A program made the position numbers and the translations under genes. Source: Mobula hypostoma (taxonomy: Eukaryota). From it: a stretch of 64,000 nt of DNA. Positions 1-13,896 of the stretch are shown in pieces (position 1 is the first letter of the stretch; every line of letters begins with the position of its first letter). The notes beneath the pieces are model-generated. The model did no database searches and was not told where the DNA came from. It worked only from the letters and a program-made list of their open reading frames with translations. The stretch spans positions 25,856,001-25,920,000 of the forward strand of contig NC_086097.1 in assembly GCF_963921235.1 (NCBI RefSeq). The letters run 5' to 3'.

Positions 1-378
1 TACCCCTTCTCTTTCTTTCCATTCCCCATTCTGGATCCCTTCTCATCTGCCTATCACCTCCCACTGGTACCCCTCCTCCTTCCTTTTCTCCCATGGTCCA
101 CTTTTCTCTCCCATCAGATTCCTTCTTCAGCCATTTTCTCTTTCTACCTATCACCTCCCAACTTCTCACCATCCCACCCACCTACTTTCCCTCTTACCTG
201 CCTCACCTATCATCTTCCAGCTCGAGCTCCTTCCCCTTACCCCACCTTCTTCTTTCCCCTTCCTTTCCAGTCCTGATGAAGGATAGAACATCTCCATAGA
301 TGCTGTCTGATCTGCTGAATTCCTTCAGCATTTTATGTATGATACTCTGATTTTCCAGTATATTCAGATTCTCTTGTT
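1..378 (+). mobile_element. Penelope-like-derived repeat end (hammerhead region partly deleted)
   Basis: Pyrimidine-rich tract, then ccagtcctgatgaagg and tagatgctgtctgatctgctgaattccttcagcatttt; same family as 32465-32610 and 43530-44110. Confidence 0.65.
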
Positions 379-486
379 TCTATGTGTTGGTATAAATTGG
401 TGGTTGATAGCCAGAGGGACCCATTGGGCCAAATGGCCTGTTCCTGTTCCATGACTCTATAGCACACTATCATCTGATCTATTGTG

Positions 487-790
487 TTGGCACATGGCCA
501 AGTGGTTAAGGCGTTGGTCTAGTGATCTGAAGGTCGCTAGTTCGAGCCTCAGCTGAGGCAGCGTGTTGTGACCTTGAGCAAGGCACTTAACCACATATTG
601 CTCTGCGACGACACCGGTGTATCAAGCTGTATCGGCCCTAGTGCCCTTCCTTTGGACAACATCAGTGGTGTGGAGAGGGGAGACTTGCAGCATGGGCAAT
701 TGCTGGTCTTCCATACAACCTTGCCCAGGCCTGCGCCCTGGAAACCTTCCAAGGCGCAAATCCACAGTCTCACGAGACTAACGGATGCCT
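487..790 (+). mobile_element. tRNA-derived CORE-type SINE
   Basis: A box TGGCCAAGTGG, B box AGTTCGAGCC, CORE-like GTGACCTTGAGCAAGGCACTTAACC; possible TSD ctattgt (479-485 and 789-795). Confidence 0.75.
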
Positions 791-928
791 ATTGTCTGAT
801 CAACTTGGAAAGGGAATTAGGAGGTACAGAGAGCAAAGAACCATTGCAAGAACTGACAGAGTCGCCGCAATAACAGCAGGCAGTGATGGAAAGTTGCTAG
901 ATTTAAAAGGAAAGGAGATTTATTTATA

Positions 929-1146
929 AGCACAAGAGATTCTGCAGGTGCTGCAATTCCAGAGCAAAGCACACAAAATGCTGGAGGAAGTCAGCAGATC
1001 AGGCAACATCTATGGAGGGAAATAAGACCCTTCTTAGAACTGGAAAGGAAGGAAAGGGGAAGATGCCAGAATAAAACAGTGGGGGGAGGGGAAGGTGTAC
1101 TAGCTAAAAGATGATAGGCGAAGCCAGGTGGGTGGGAAAGGTGAGG
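929..1146 (-). mobile_element. Penelope-like-derived repeat end
   Basis: acacaaaatgctggaggaagtcagcagatcaggcaacatcta followed by a purine-rich tract. Confidence 0.6.
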
Positions 1147-1593
1147 GTTTATTTACCCTGGCACCACACTGCCCCAAGGTTTCTAGTGGAATTGATGCAC
1201 TCTTAACACTAGCCATGTTTAAAAAGACATTTGCAAGAGGCTTTGGAGTAGCAGTCATGAGGAGCTGGGATTGGATCTTCAGTACTGGTGAGGAGAGTAA
1301 TCACAGACACTGTTCCCTCTTTAAGCATCTGGCTGGTGAAATCAACCTTCTCAAGAAGCACGATTTACTTCTGCCAGTAAATAGTTAACGTAGCTCCATG
1401 CTTTGCTTCCAGAGACATGAGTTGGATTCCCATTACGACAGCTGGGAATATCATTAATTAACTTCTCAGAGCTCGGAAACCATTGTCAGCATTGGCATCC
1501 TTAAACCACTCACTGAACTGTTTTTCTAAACTCCTTTTCAGTTCACAATTACCCTTATGGAAGAAAAGTTTGCTCTTGCTAGGTGTGATTTCA

Positions 1594-1650
1594 ATGGTCA
1601 TGGAACTAGCCCGTCAATTTAATCCATTGACAGGCTAGTTCCATGACCAT
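1594..1650. repeat. 25-bp inverted repeat with 7-nt loop
   Basis: atggtcatggaactagcccgtcaat (1594-1618) vs attgacaggctagttccatgaccat (1626-1650); one mismatch. Confidence 0.9.
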
Positions 1651-2159
1651 GTAGACATAGAACACACACTTAGCTGTCTAATGGAATTAATTCTATCTGG
1701 TTAGGTATCTCCTATAATATTTCTTGCTCCCTTTTAAACATTGTACCATTTTGTAAGCTTTGGCTCTCCTGACTTTTTCCTACCCTCTTGAACCTCCTCA
1801 AATTCCTCTGAGCTGACTTCATCTCCTACATTCCATTGCCTGTATCCTCTAGGAATCTGGGAATGTTTTCCTCCCTTGTTCCCACTTTTCCAAGCGTTGT
1901 GTCACCTGCAGAGTTCAGAACTGTGAAGTGTCCTCAGCTCTAGTTCAGAATCAGATTTATTATCCCTGATAAATATTGTGAAATTTGCATTTGGACTGCA
2001 GTTTAATATATATAAAAATACTAAAAATTACAGTAAGAATATATATGTATAAAAGTAAATAATAGTGCAAAATAGTACTATTTTGTACTAAATAGTTTTG
2101 TACTACAAAATAGAATGCTGTGGACGCGATCCGAGCCATCTCTGACCATGGCACCTGGG

Positions 2160-3299
2160 GGACCATAAGATATAGGAGCAGAAGTAGGCCATTTGGCCCA
2201 TCAAGTCTGCTCTGCCATTCAGTCATTGGCTGATCCAATTCTTCCAGTCATTCCCACTCCCCTGCCTTCACCCCAATACCCTTAGATGCCCTGGCTAATC
2301 AAGAAGCTAAAATACACCCAATGACTTGGCCTCCATAGCCGCTCGTGGCAACAAATTCCACAGATTTACCACCCTCTGACTAAAGTAATTTCTCAGCATC
2401 TCAGTTCTAAATGGACGTCCTTCAATCCTGAAGTCATGCCCTCTTGTCCTAGAGAGAGAGAGTGCAGAGGAGATTTACAAGGATGTTACCTGGATTGGAG
2501 AGTATGCCTTATGAGAATAGTCTGAGTGAATTTGGCCTTTTCCCTCCTTGGAGTGAAGGAGGATGAGAGGTGACCTGATGGGTGTATAAGATGTTGAGAG
2601 GCATTGATCGTGTGGATAGCCAGAGGCTTTTTCCCAGGGCTGAAATGGCTAACACGAGTGGACATAGTTTTAAGGTGCTTGTAAGTAGGTACAAGTGGCA
2701 AATTTTTCACACAGAGAGTGGTGGGTGCATGGAATGCACTGGCAGTGAAGGTGGTAGAGGCAGATACAATCAGATGTTTTAAGAGACTCTTAGATAGGTA
2801 CATGGAGCTTAGAAAACTAGCGGGCAATGCAGTAGGGAAATTCTAGGCAGTTTCTAGAGTAGGTTACACATGGTCGGCACAATGTCGTGGGCCAAAGGGC
2901 TAATTTGAACTAAATTTTCTATGTTCTAAGGTAACTGGACTTGCTGTGTATAAGACGAAGAGAGGCATTGATCGTGTGGATAGTCAGAGGCTTTTTCCCA
3001 GGGCTGAAATGGTTGCTACAAGAGGACACAGGTTTAAGGTGCTAAGGAGTAGGTACAGAGGAGATGTCAGGGGTAAGCTTTTTACACAGAGAGTGGTGAG
3101 TGCGTGGAATGGGCTGCCGGCAACGGTGGTGGAGGCGGATACGATAGGGTCTTTTAAGAGACTTTTGGATAGGAACATGGAGCTTAGAAAAATAGAGGGC
3201 TGTGGGTAAGCCTAGTAATTTCTAAAGTAGGGACATGTTCAGCACAACTTTGTGGGCCGAAAGGCCTGTATTGTGCTGTAGGTTTTCTATGTTTCTATG
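2160..3299. mobile_element. Cluster of three CR1 3'-end fragments (- 2160-2450; + 2460-2928; + 2945-3299)
   Basis: ORF2 C-terminal motifs RGIDRVDSQRLFP, TRGH, FTQRVVSAWNGLP; (TTTCTATG)n tails. Confidence 0.85.
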
Positions 3300-3509
3300 A
3301 TTCACCACTCATCTGAGAAGCTTCTTCAGGACTGATCCGTGGTGGGTAGTCTTCTGGTTTATAAATTCTGAGTTGTTTAAAGGTATACCAATTACATGAG
3401 AGTTGTTAAGAGTCGTAGAGATAATGAGAGTTCATTGGTCTTGCCTTTGCATGAATGGAGGTGTGAACTGTTGTGGAGGTACTGGGCTAGAGATGTTAGC
3501 ACTGCGTTC

Positions 3510-6500
3510 TCTTTCTTTTTTAATCTTTTTATTAGTTTTCAAGTTCATAAACATAATAACAATGGTGATATAAAGAGATTGGAATTACATTATTGGTAAT
3601 AAACATATACAAGAGAAACTGCAAACAATACAAGTGTAATAGACTTCCAGACTCTTAATATAATCAACCATGAAGAGAAAAGAAATAAAGAGAAAAGGAT
3701 ATCACAAAGAAAGACCCCAAAAAACAAAAAAAAACGAACAGAACAACACATGGCTGAACCAATATATTAGATCGAATACATTCATTAATGTTGTCAGCTC
3801 CACTCCTCTATTCATATATTCTAAGTTACTAAAAAGGATTCGGAAAAGGTCAAGCTACATCACATGAAAATGTTGGATAAATGGCTTCCAAGTCTCTTCA
3901 AATTTAACAGAAGGATCAAAAATGACACTTCTGATTTTTTCTAAATTTAAACATGATTTAGTGTGAGAAAACCATTGAAATATAGTAGGAGGATTGGTCT
4001 CTTTTCAATTCAATAAAATGGATCTTCTGGCCATTAATGTAACAAATGTGATCATACGACAGGCTGAAGAGGATAAAGAGTTATGTTCCATCATTGGCAA
4101 ACCAAAAATTGCCATAATGGGATGGAGTTGTAAATCAAAACGCAAAACTGTTGAAATGACATAACCAAATAACATATAACAATTACAGCACGGAAATAGG
4201 CCATCTCAGCCCTTCTAGTCCATGCCGAACTCTTACTCTCACCTAGTCCCACCAACCTGCACTCAGCCCATAACCCTCCTTTCCTTTCCTGTCCATATAC
4301 CTATCCAATTTTTTTTTAAATGACAAAATCGAACCTGCCTCTACCACTTCTGCTGGAAGCTCATTCCACACAGCTACAACTCTCTCAGTAAAGAAGTTCC
4401 CCCTCTTGTTACCCCTAAACTTTTTCCCTTTAACTCTCAACCCATGCCCTCTTGTTTGAATCTCCCCCACTCTCAGTGGAAAAAGCCTATCCCCGTCAAC
4501 TCTATCAATCCCCCTCATAATTTTAAATACCTCTATCAAGTCCCCCCTCAATCTTCTACGCTCCAAAGAATAAAGACCTAACTTGTTCAACCTTTCTCTG
4601 TAACTTAGGTGCTAAAACCCAGGTAACATTCTAGTAAATCTCCTCTGTACTCTCTATTTTGTTGACATCTTTCCTATAATTTGGTGACCAGAACTGTACA
4701 CAGTACTCCAAATTTGGCCTCACCAATGCCTTGTACAATTTTAACATTACATCCCAACTCCTATACTCAATGCTCTGATTTATAAAGGCCAGCATACCAA
4801 AAGCTTTCTTCACCACCCTATCCACATGAGATTCCACCTTCAGGGAACTATGCAACATTATCCCTGGATCCCTCTGTTCTACTGCATTCCTCAATGCCCT
4901 ACCATTTACCATGTATGTCCTATTTTGATTAGTCTACCAAAATGTAGCACCTCACACTTATCAGCATTAAACTCCATCTGCCATCTTTCAGCCCACTCTT
5001 CTAACTGGCCCAAATCTCTCTGCAAGCTTTGAAAACCTACCTCATTATCCACAAAGATATTTTTCCAAGAGAGGGCAGGTCCAGAATGTATGAGTCAAAG
5101 AAGCCACCTCAGAGTGACATCTGTCACAAATAGGATTTACATGGGAGTAAAAATGAGCTAGTTTATCTTTAGGCATATGGGCCCTATGCACTACCTTAAG
5201 TTGTATCAGCGTATGTTTAGCACATTTAGAGGAAGAGCTAACTAACTGAAAATTTTTCTCCCATTTCTCTATAGGTAAGTGAAGTTGAAGTTCCCTTTCC
5301 CATTCATTTTTAATTTTATCAGATATACCTGGCTGTATTTTCATAATTATATCATAAATAGTTGCTATTAATCCCTTCTGATAAGGATTTAAGCCTAAAT
5401 TTTTTTCCATGATATCAGTTGGGTATGAAATCGGAAATGTAGGCAGCATGGTATTTAAAATGTTTCTTATTTGTAAATATCTAAAAAAAATAGGATCTGG
5501 ACAAGTTATATTTATTAGACAACTGTTCAAAAGACATGAAACAGTTATTCAAAAATAAATCACAGAAACATGTTATTCCCTTCATTTTCCATATCAAAAA
5601 GGCTTGATCCATAACAGGGTTGGAAAAAAAAATTAGATATAATAGGGCTTGATAATATAAATTTATTCAGGCCAAAAAATTTACAAAATTGGAACCATAT
5701 TTGTAATGTATGTTTAATTATTGGATTAACCGTTTGTTTTTTCAATTTAGAAAACACAAAGGGCAGTGAAGATCCTAAAATAGAAACTAATGAAAACCCT
5801 TGTACAGAGTGACTTTCGAGGTTGACCCATTGTGGACTTGGAATTATATTCCAATCTTGTGTCCAGAATATTAAATATCGAATATTAATTGCCCAATAAT
5901 AGAATCTTAAATTCGGCAGTGCTAAACCACCACCTTTCTTGGACTACCGTAAATATTTTTTTACTTAACCTAGGATTTTTATTCTGCCATATATAAGAGG
6001 AAATTTTAGAATCAATAGTATCAGAAAAAGATTTAGGAATAAAAATTGGTACCGCTTGAAATAGATATGAAAATTTAGGTAGAATAGTAATTTTAATAGC
6101 ATTGATTCGGCCAATCAGTGATAGAGACAATGGGGACCATTTAGTAAGCAATTGTTTAACCTGACTAATTAACAGTGAAAAATTGAGCTTGAATAATTCC
6201 TTATGCCTGTTAGCAATTTTAACCCCCAGATAATAGTAATCAGTCTAAATGGTGAACATCTATAAATGGGAGCCTGCATATTTAATGGAAAAAGTTCACT
6301 CTTGCTAAGATTCAATTTATAACCTGAAAAACTACTAAACTGAGCAAGCAAAGATAATACTGCCGGAATGGATTTCTGAGGGTTAGAAATATATAATAGT
6401 AAATCATCTGCATATGGTGATAATTTATGTATCGCATTCCCACGGGTAATACCAAATATATTAGGAGAGTCACGAATAGCAATAGCTAACGGTTCCAGGG

Positions 6501-6970
6501 CAATATCGAATAATAATGGACTAAGAAGGCAGCCCTGCCTAGTACCATGAAATAACTGAAAAAAGGGAGATCTTTGATTATTGGTGAATACCAAAGTCAA
6601 AGGAGTAAGGTATATCAATTTAATCCAAGATATAAATATTGGACTAAAATTGAATTTCTCAAGCGTATTAAACAGGTATGTCCATTCGACTCTTATCAAA
6701 AGCTTTCTCAGCATCCAATGAAATGACGCATTCTGGAGTTCTAAGTGAAGAAGTATAAACAATATTCATTAATCTCCTAATATTAAAGTAGGAGTAACGA
6801 TTTTTAATAAATCCAGTCTGATCGACAGAAATAATTTGAGGCAATACATTCTCCAGTCTCATTGCCAATATTTTAGGAAAAATCTTAGAATTCACATTCG
6901 GCAAAGATATAGGCCTGTAAGATGCATATTCAGTAGGTTCCTTATCTTTTTTAAGAATTAGCGTAAACAT
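3510..6970 (-). mobile_element. Degenerate L1-clade LINE ORF2 and 3' end, interrupted by a CR1
   Basis: YRPISL, DQTGF, SLDAEKAFD, GTRQGCLLSPLLF, YADDLL, CDRC...HTFWTC zinc finger; A-rich 3' end near 3515-3540. Confidence 0.88.
4164..5052 (-). mobile_element. 5'-truncated CR1 nested in the L1
   Basis: ORFs 4243-4590 and 4631-4912 (LYKALVRPNLEYCVQFWSP, LYSLERRRLRGDLI); L1 sequence resumes on both sides. Confidence 0.88.
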
Positions 6971-7369
6971 TAACCATAACTGTGTTGAAAGTAGCTGATA
7001 AGTTGTGTCATATAGGTTTTTCAGTTTGACAAATGTGGCTTCTTTAACTGCCCTTTCAAACCAGAATTACTGTTTCGAGCAGCTTTCATAATATCATAAA
7101 TTAGCAAACAGAACAGGGAAGAAATTCTGAAATTGAATATTTGATTGCTAGACCTAGTCTAACAGTAAAGAACATGTAGGGGAAACTCAGAACAGAAATG
7201 GGAGGATAGTGCTGCAACATGGAATCGAGGAAGAAGTACAGCAATAAGGAGATAAGAATAAATCACCTATCATTACTTCATTTAATGAATTAGTGTCAGT
7301 ATTCTGAAGTTAAGGATGTAATGACGACCTTGGATGAACTGGTGATGTGTGCAGAGGCAACATAACTTT

Positions 7370-8070
7370 CAGGTGTCCCGTTCACGTCCACAGAATCTCC
7401 TATCTGTTCCTCTGACTATTGAGTCCCCTATTACTGCCACTCCCCTCTTTTTCCTCTTTCCCTTCTGCACCATGGGCCCCCTGCTCAGGCACAGTAACCT
7501 GGTCTCGGTGGCATTCCCTTGGGAGGTCATCCTCGACAACTGTATCCAAAACGGTATACTTATTATTGAGAGGAATAGCCACAGGGATGCTCTATGCTAT
7601 TTGCCTATTTACATTTCCATTTCTCCTGACAGTCACCCAGCTACTTGCCTTCTGCAGGACTGCTTTCCTGTAACTTTGATCAATTATCTCCTCTCTCTCC
7701 CATACAAGCCGAAGGTCATCCAGCTGCTGCTCCAGATCCCTAACACGGTCTTCAAGGAGCTGCAGCTGGATGCACTTCACCCAGATGTAGTTCCCTGGGG
7801 AATTCTGGGTCTCTCGGGATCCCACATCCTGCATGGAGAATGTAAAAACAGCCAGTTACTACAGTTAAAGAGAAAAAATATTGGAACCTTAACAGAAACT
7901 TAGCCAGGGCCAATGCCTGACATTCCTACTCTCACCACTGGCCCACTCCCAACAACGGCCACCCAGCTTGTCTCTTCTGTACTTTTAAATAAGCGTCACC
8001 AGCCCTCGCAAATCCTCGTCGCTGTGCCCTACTCCTGCCGCTGGTTGGGCCGCCGGAATCCATCGATCCT
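7370..8070 (-). mobile_element. CR1 5' region / ORF1 remnant
   Basis: KCIQLQLLEDRVRDLEQQLDDLRL coiled coil and IPLNNKYTVLDTV, typical of CR1 ORF1. Confidence 0.65.
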
Positions 8071-8089
8071 TCAAAGGTGTTGCACACGC

Positions 8090-10290
8090 TCATAGGGTTG
8101 TTAAGAAGGTATATTGGCCTTCATTAGTCAGGGGACTGAGTTCAAGAGTCGTGAGGTAATGTTGCAGCTCCATAAAGCCCTGGTTAGACCACTCTTGGAG
8201 TATTGTGTTCAGTTCTGGTCCCTCACTATAGGAAGTATGTGGGAGCTTTAGAGGTGGTACAGAGGAGATTTATCAGGCTGCTGCCTGGATTAGAGAGCAT
8301 GTCTTATTACGAAAGGCTGAGTGAGCTGGGGCTTTTCTCCTTGAAGCGAAGGAGGATGAGAGGTGATTTAACAGAGGTGATAAACTAGGGGTTCAGAGTC
8401 AACATAAAAGCCAAAGAGAGGACATATAATAGAACAGAAACTAGAGGGAAGTTAGGGGATTGGGAAGCTTTCAAATACCAACAGAAGGAGCAAAAAATAA
8501 TTTAAGAAGGTAAAGATGTAATATGAAAGTAAGCTAGCTAATAATATCAAAGAGGGTACGAAAAGTTTCTTCAGATACATAAAAGAGAGATGAGAGTGGA
8601 TATCAGACCACTGGAAAACGATGCCAGAGCGGTAATAATAGAGGACAAGGAAATGGCAGACGAACTGAGTAAGTATTTTGCATCAGTCTTCCCTGTGGAA
8701 GACACTAGCAGTAGTCAGAGGTCATGAGGTTCCAGATGTTAGAGGTCATGAAGTGTGTGAAGTCGCCATAACTTGGGAAACTGAAAGGCCTGAAGGTGGG
8801 TAAGTTACCTGGGCCAGATGGTGTACGCCCCAGGGTTCTAGAAGAGGTGGCTGCAGAGATTGTGGAGGCATTAATAATGATCTTTCAAGAATTATTAAAT
8901 TCTGGAAGACAAGAAAGTTGCAAATGTCATTTCACCCTTCAAGAAGGGAGAAGAAAGGAAATTATAGGCCAGATAGTCTGACCTCAGTGGTTGGGAAGAT
9001 GTTGGAGTTGATTGTTAAGGACGTGGTTTCGGGGATACTTGGAGGCACATGATAAAATAGGCCATAGTAGCATGGTTTCCTTAGAGAAAATTGTGCCTGA
9101 CAAACCTGTTGGAATTCTTTGAAGACGTAAAAAGCAGGATAGACAAAGGAGAATAGATTGATGTTGTGTACTTGGATTTGCAGAAGGTAGGTTTGCAGAA
9201 GATTTGCACCTTGGTAGAAGAAATGAAAAGGATGACTATTTTCTAAATGGAGAGAAAATACAAAAATCTGAGATGTAAAGGGACTTGGAAGTCCTTGTGC
9301 AGGATTCCTTTAAGGTTCATTTACAGGTTGAATCTATGGTAAGGAAGGTAAATGCAATGTTAGCGTTCATTTCAAGAGGACTAGAATAGAAAAGCAAGGA
9401 CGTAATGTTGAGACTTTATAAAGCACTGGTGAGGCCTCACTGGGAATATTGTGAGCAGGTTTGGGCCCTCATCTTTGAAAGGATGTGCTGAAACTGGAGA
9501 GGGTTCAAAGGAGGTTCACAAAAATGATTCCAGGCTTTAACGGCTTGTCATATGAAGGGTGTTTGTTAGCTCCGGGCCTGTATTCACTGGGATTCAGAAG
9601 AATGAGGGATGACCTAATTGAAAGCTATCGAATGGTTAAAAATCTTGATAGAGTGGATGTGGAGAGGGTGTTTCTATGGTGAGGTGTCTAAGACCAGAGG
9701 ACACAGCCTCAGAATCAAGAGATTCTTTTGGAAGGGAGATGAGGAGGAATTTCTTTAACCAGAGAGTGGTGAATTTGTGGAATTCTTTGCCACAGGCAGC
9801 TGTGGAAGCAAGTTATTAACTGTATTTAAGGTAGAGGTTGATAGATTCTTAATTAGTCAGGGCATGAAGGGATACTGGGGGACGGGCTGAGAGGAAAATT
9901 GGATCAGCCATGATGAAATGGCAGAGCAGACTTGATGGACCAAATGGCCTAATTCTGCTGCTATATCTTATGGTCTTAAGATGAGACCCTTAGCGTGAGT
10001 AGTCTGTCAAAGATTTTTTCTCCCCCAGGGTGGGAATGGCTATCACAAGGGGGGCATAATTTTAAGATGTTTGGAAGGAAAATATAGGCGGGATGTATGT
10101 TTTTTACACAGAGAGTGGAGAATGCATGGAACTGTCCTGCCACAGATGGTGGCAGAGGCATAGACTCTTAGTTAGGCACATGGATGATAGAAAAATGAAG
10201 AGCTATGTAAGAGGTAGATTGATTTTGGAGTTGGTTGAAAGATCAGCACAACATCGTGGGTCAAAAGGCCTTTAGTGTACCGTAGTGTTC
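8090..10290 (+). mobile_element. Patchwork of degenerate CR1 ORF2 fragments
   Basis: PGPDGVRPRVLEEVA, LERVQRRFTKMIPG, RRMRGDL; many stops and deletions. Confidence 0.8.
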
Positions 10291-10527
10291 TTTGTTACTT
10301 TCTCCAGTTTGTTGGTCCAGATTCCAGCAAGTGCAGTCTCTTGTGTCTCCTTATCTTGGCTACCCATCTCCAAACAGCAGTTGTCAGGACCTGATTAACG
10401 GCCTTGATCAAGGGGTGATACTCTTGCAGTCATTTACACCAAGTAAAATATCTTGGGAGTCTAGATGTTTCCACCTCTGGTTGTGAAGTGTCAGGATTAA
10501 GATCTGCTTGAATCTTGTCTTTTACAG

Positions 10528-10605
10528 ATACCTGCACAAGAATAAGCTCTTATCATCTTTCAGCGAGGATGTCTTTGCAGGGGTCTTGAGTGGACCCACC
10601 CTGCT
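10528..10605 (+). CDS. TSHR: TSHR coding exon (equivalent to human exon 8; leucine-rich repeat)
   Basis: tttacag|ATAC...CTGCT|gtaagt; 78 nt, phase 2/2; translates YLHKNKLLSSFSEDVFAGVLSGPTLL, matching human TSHR [26 protein letters not shown]; absent from the ORF track. Confidence 0.93.
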
Positions 10606-11469
10606 GTAAGTAGCTGGCATTTACTGGGCGGATGGGAATTTTGCTGTAAGATTCCCACGTTTTGGGGCAGATGCCTACAAGAGATATAGAGGATGGAATA
10701 GGGACACTCAAGTCTTTGGATCTTTGATAGATTTATTATTGTCAGGAAAAACCTTGTTTTGCTTGCCATCCAGATAGAAATTCAGATTTATTTACCACCT
10801 GTACATCGAAACATACAGTGAAATAAGTCATTTGTGTTAACAGCAAGCACATGTAAGGGTGTGCTGGGGGCAGCCCACTACCATCACCACATATTCAGGT
10901 GTCAACATAGCATCCCCACTGTGCTCAGCAGAACAATGCAGAACACGACAGCAGCAAAACAAACCCCTTTCCTTCCTCCCACCCATTCGCACACGACGAC
11001 AGTCCTCCAATCCCCGGGCAGGCCTCCCGTCTCCTGGCTTTGGCCAGCAGTTGTCAAGTTCCAGACTTCTGATTGACCTTTGATCTTTGGTATAGACCCC
11101 AGGACTAGCGAGTGATAGGACAGGGAGCTCCGGGCTCGCCATCTGACCAGCCCTCGTGTCTCCTGCTCATGTGGATGTACGACCCAGAGAACCACCAACT
11201 TGGGTCAGCCAAGTTCACGGATTCACGGATCCTTCATCCCCCTTCACGTCGCTGGTCTCCAAGTTCAGAGCTGAGGCCTGATCTCTAGCTCCTCCACATC
11301 TCTGTTCCTAAACTTAATCTGACCTCTAATACCCCCACATCACTGTCCCTACATCCCAACCTGACCCCTAACTCACTTCTCTGTCCCCAGAACTTTTAAA
11401 AAAAACAAGTCTGAGCCGTGATCTCCGTGGAAGCTGCAGTTTGGCGCCAACTTGACCGGATAGATCACG

Positions 11470-12020
11470 TACTCAGAGGTAGTACAACAGGAAAGTTAAT
11501 AACAATGTCGATTGAAGTGTTACAGAGAAAGTGTAGTGCAGGCAGACAATAAGGAGCAAGTGGGAGAGGTCCTTGACTACTCTGGCCGATTTCCTGTGGC
11601 AGTGGGAAGAGTAGACAATCAGTGGCAGGGAGGGTGGTTTTTGTTCATAACTCATAATTTCATGAGATCTCGGGCAGAGCAGTTGCCATACCAAGCTATG
11701 ATGCATCCGGACAGGATGCTTTCTGGGGTGTATCTGTAAGATCATCAGGTTCACGCCAAATTTCCTTACCTTTCTGAGGAAATAGTGTGATTTCAAGGAC
11801 ATAGTGTGATTTCTTGCACGTAGCAAGACTAAGACAAGCTATTGGTGATGTTTACACCGAGGAATCTGGAGTTCCGAACCATCTCCACCTCAGCATTGTT
11901 GATACAGATGTGTTGGCGTTCAGCCCCAATTCCTAATGTCAATGACCTGCTCTTTTGTTGACATTGGGAGGAAGGTTGTTTTCTGGGCATTATGTTCTCT
12001 GTCTCCTTCCTGTACTCTGA
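11470..12020 (-). mobile_element. Rex1/Babar-type LINE fragment
   Basis: INNAEVEMVRNSRFLGVNITNSLS and YFLRKVRKFG resemble the DUF1891-type RT C-terminus. Confidence 0.6.
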
Positions 12021-12955
12021 CTTCTGGTTTGGTTTTATCAATCCAAGTCCGTTTGGTTTGATAAAAGGGCTGAGGGAGTTCATGGTGGACAGCAACTCGA
12101 CGTTAGTATCACAGAACTCTTCCTGGCGTGGTAGTGTAATGGTTAACATAACACTTTGCAGTGCCAACGGTGGGGAGGGGGGTGCTGTTCAGCTCCACTG
12201 CTGTCTATAAGGAACTTGGACATTCTGTCAATGACCGAGTGGGTTTCCTCTGGGTGCTCGGATATATGGCTACTAGGTTAATTGGTTACATGGTTGTGCA
12301 GGCCCATTGGGCCAAAAGCAGCTGTTACCATGCTGTGTCTCTTTAAAAAAAAAATTGGAGCTGCTTTATTTTTGCCATGTGTAGCAAGATACAGAGAAAA
12401 GCTTGTCTTGCAGACTGTTCATACAGATCAGATGATGACACAGTGTATTGAGTGCATAGTGCATTGCACATTACCTAGTGTCACGTTCTGTATATACAAT
12501 CAGTCTATGTATGTAGTTACTAGTACATGGTGTTTTCTAGAATTGCATTTATATTTATTGTGTCCTCTTTTTGATTTTCTCATTGTGATTTTTATGCTTA
12601 TTGTATTTTATTATGCTGCATCGGATCCGGACTAACAATTATTTCGATCTCCTTTACACTCGTGCAATAAAATGACAGTAAACAATCTTGAATCTTGAAT
12701 TATGAGGTGGTACAAGGTAAAGCAATAACAGAACGCAGAATGGCGTGTTGCTGTTACAGGTAAAGTGCAGTCAGGTAGACAATCAGACGCAAAGCCATGT
12801 TGAGGTAGACGAGGTCAAGAGTCCATTTTGTCATACTAGGGAACCATTCAATAGTTGTATAAAAGCTGTCCTTTGGGTACGTGGTTTCAGCTTTCTGCGT
12901 CTGATGGAAGACTTTTTTCCCCCACTGTTCCTCCCCCACCATCACCTTGCTCCAG

Positions 12956-13144
12956 GGATGTGTCCCAGACTAGTGTGCACTCCCTCCCTTCCAAAGGGCT
13001 GGAGCCACTGAAAGAACTGATGGCCAAGAACACATGGACCCTGAAGAAGCTGCCTCCTCTGAAGACGTTCCTGCACCTGACGAGAGCCGACCTCACGTAC
13101 CCAAGCCACTGCTGCGCCTTTAAAAACTGGAAGAAAAACAAGGG
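12956..13144 (+). CDS. TSHR: TSHR coding exon (equivalent to human exon 9; last LRRs and cysteine box 2)
   Basis: tccag|GGATGTG...AAGGG|gtgagt; 189 nt; [63 protein letters not shown]; in frame with both flanking exons. Confidence 0.96.
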
Positions 13145-13896
13145 GTGAGTGTGAGCTCCTGGGAAAGGGCAGGCCAGGGAGAGAGATGGGATGGTGGACA
13201 CCAAAATTTACCAGTGAGTTGTCATCAAGGAGCTTTTCAGAATCAGAATCAGCTTTATCATCATTCTGAGCACCCGAGCAATCATTGAGTTGTGTAGAGG
13301 GAGAGAGAGTTTGAAAAAAGTGAGCAGGATGGTTGGCACAATTTGTGTGTCGTAGACCTGAGGAATGATCGGATTGCATAAAGCGAGAGAGTTTAAAAGA
13401 AGCGATGGAGAAGGCAGTCAGCACATTTTGCATGCCACAGTTCCTGGGGAGACATTAGGCACTTGGCAAGGTCCAGTAAAAAGAAGTTAGATTTCAACGG
13501 AGAGGTCATTGTGTGAGTGGGCCAGTGTTAGAGTGCTTTGGCTCATCGAGGCTTCAGTGAGAAGAGGCGTAGGCCGTAGGTAGATTTTCTTTTGTTATTT
13601 ATTTTTTCTTATCGCACATCTAGAGCAGTTGGGACGCCAGGTCAGTGGAATGCTGCCCCTGAGGGATTTGGGAAGGGAGGGAGGCCTGCATTGTCCCTGT
13701 AAGAAGTGCATCTAACAAACCACGTTAAAAAGCTGGAACTGGAGCTAGGTGAACTCCAGATCATCTGGAAGGCTGAGGGATTGATAGAGAGGACAGGTAA
13801 AGGGAGTTGGCTGCCATTGCTGTGATTGTTCCCCTCAACAACAGATTTGGATACCGTGGGGGTGGTGGGGGGAACTTGGTAGATGAAAGTTCAGGT

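Noticed and set aside
491..560. tRNA gene
   Set aside because: A/B boxes continue into a CORE domain and tail; it is a SINE head without a proper acceptor stem (same for 14085-14155)
7349..7903. 184-aa plus-strand ORF
   Set aside because: Antisense to a CR1 ORF1 remnant; no independent coding signal
1..10527. Further upstream TSHR LRR exons (exon 7 and earlier)
   Set aside because: No LYNNGF/AFNGT-like peptide with splice sites was found; probably upstream of the window
12855..12955. N-terminal extension of the ORF containing TSHR exon 9
   Set aside because: Intronic repeat sequence upstream of the tccag acceptor
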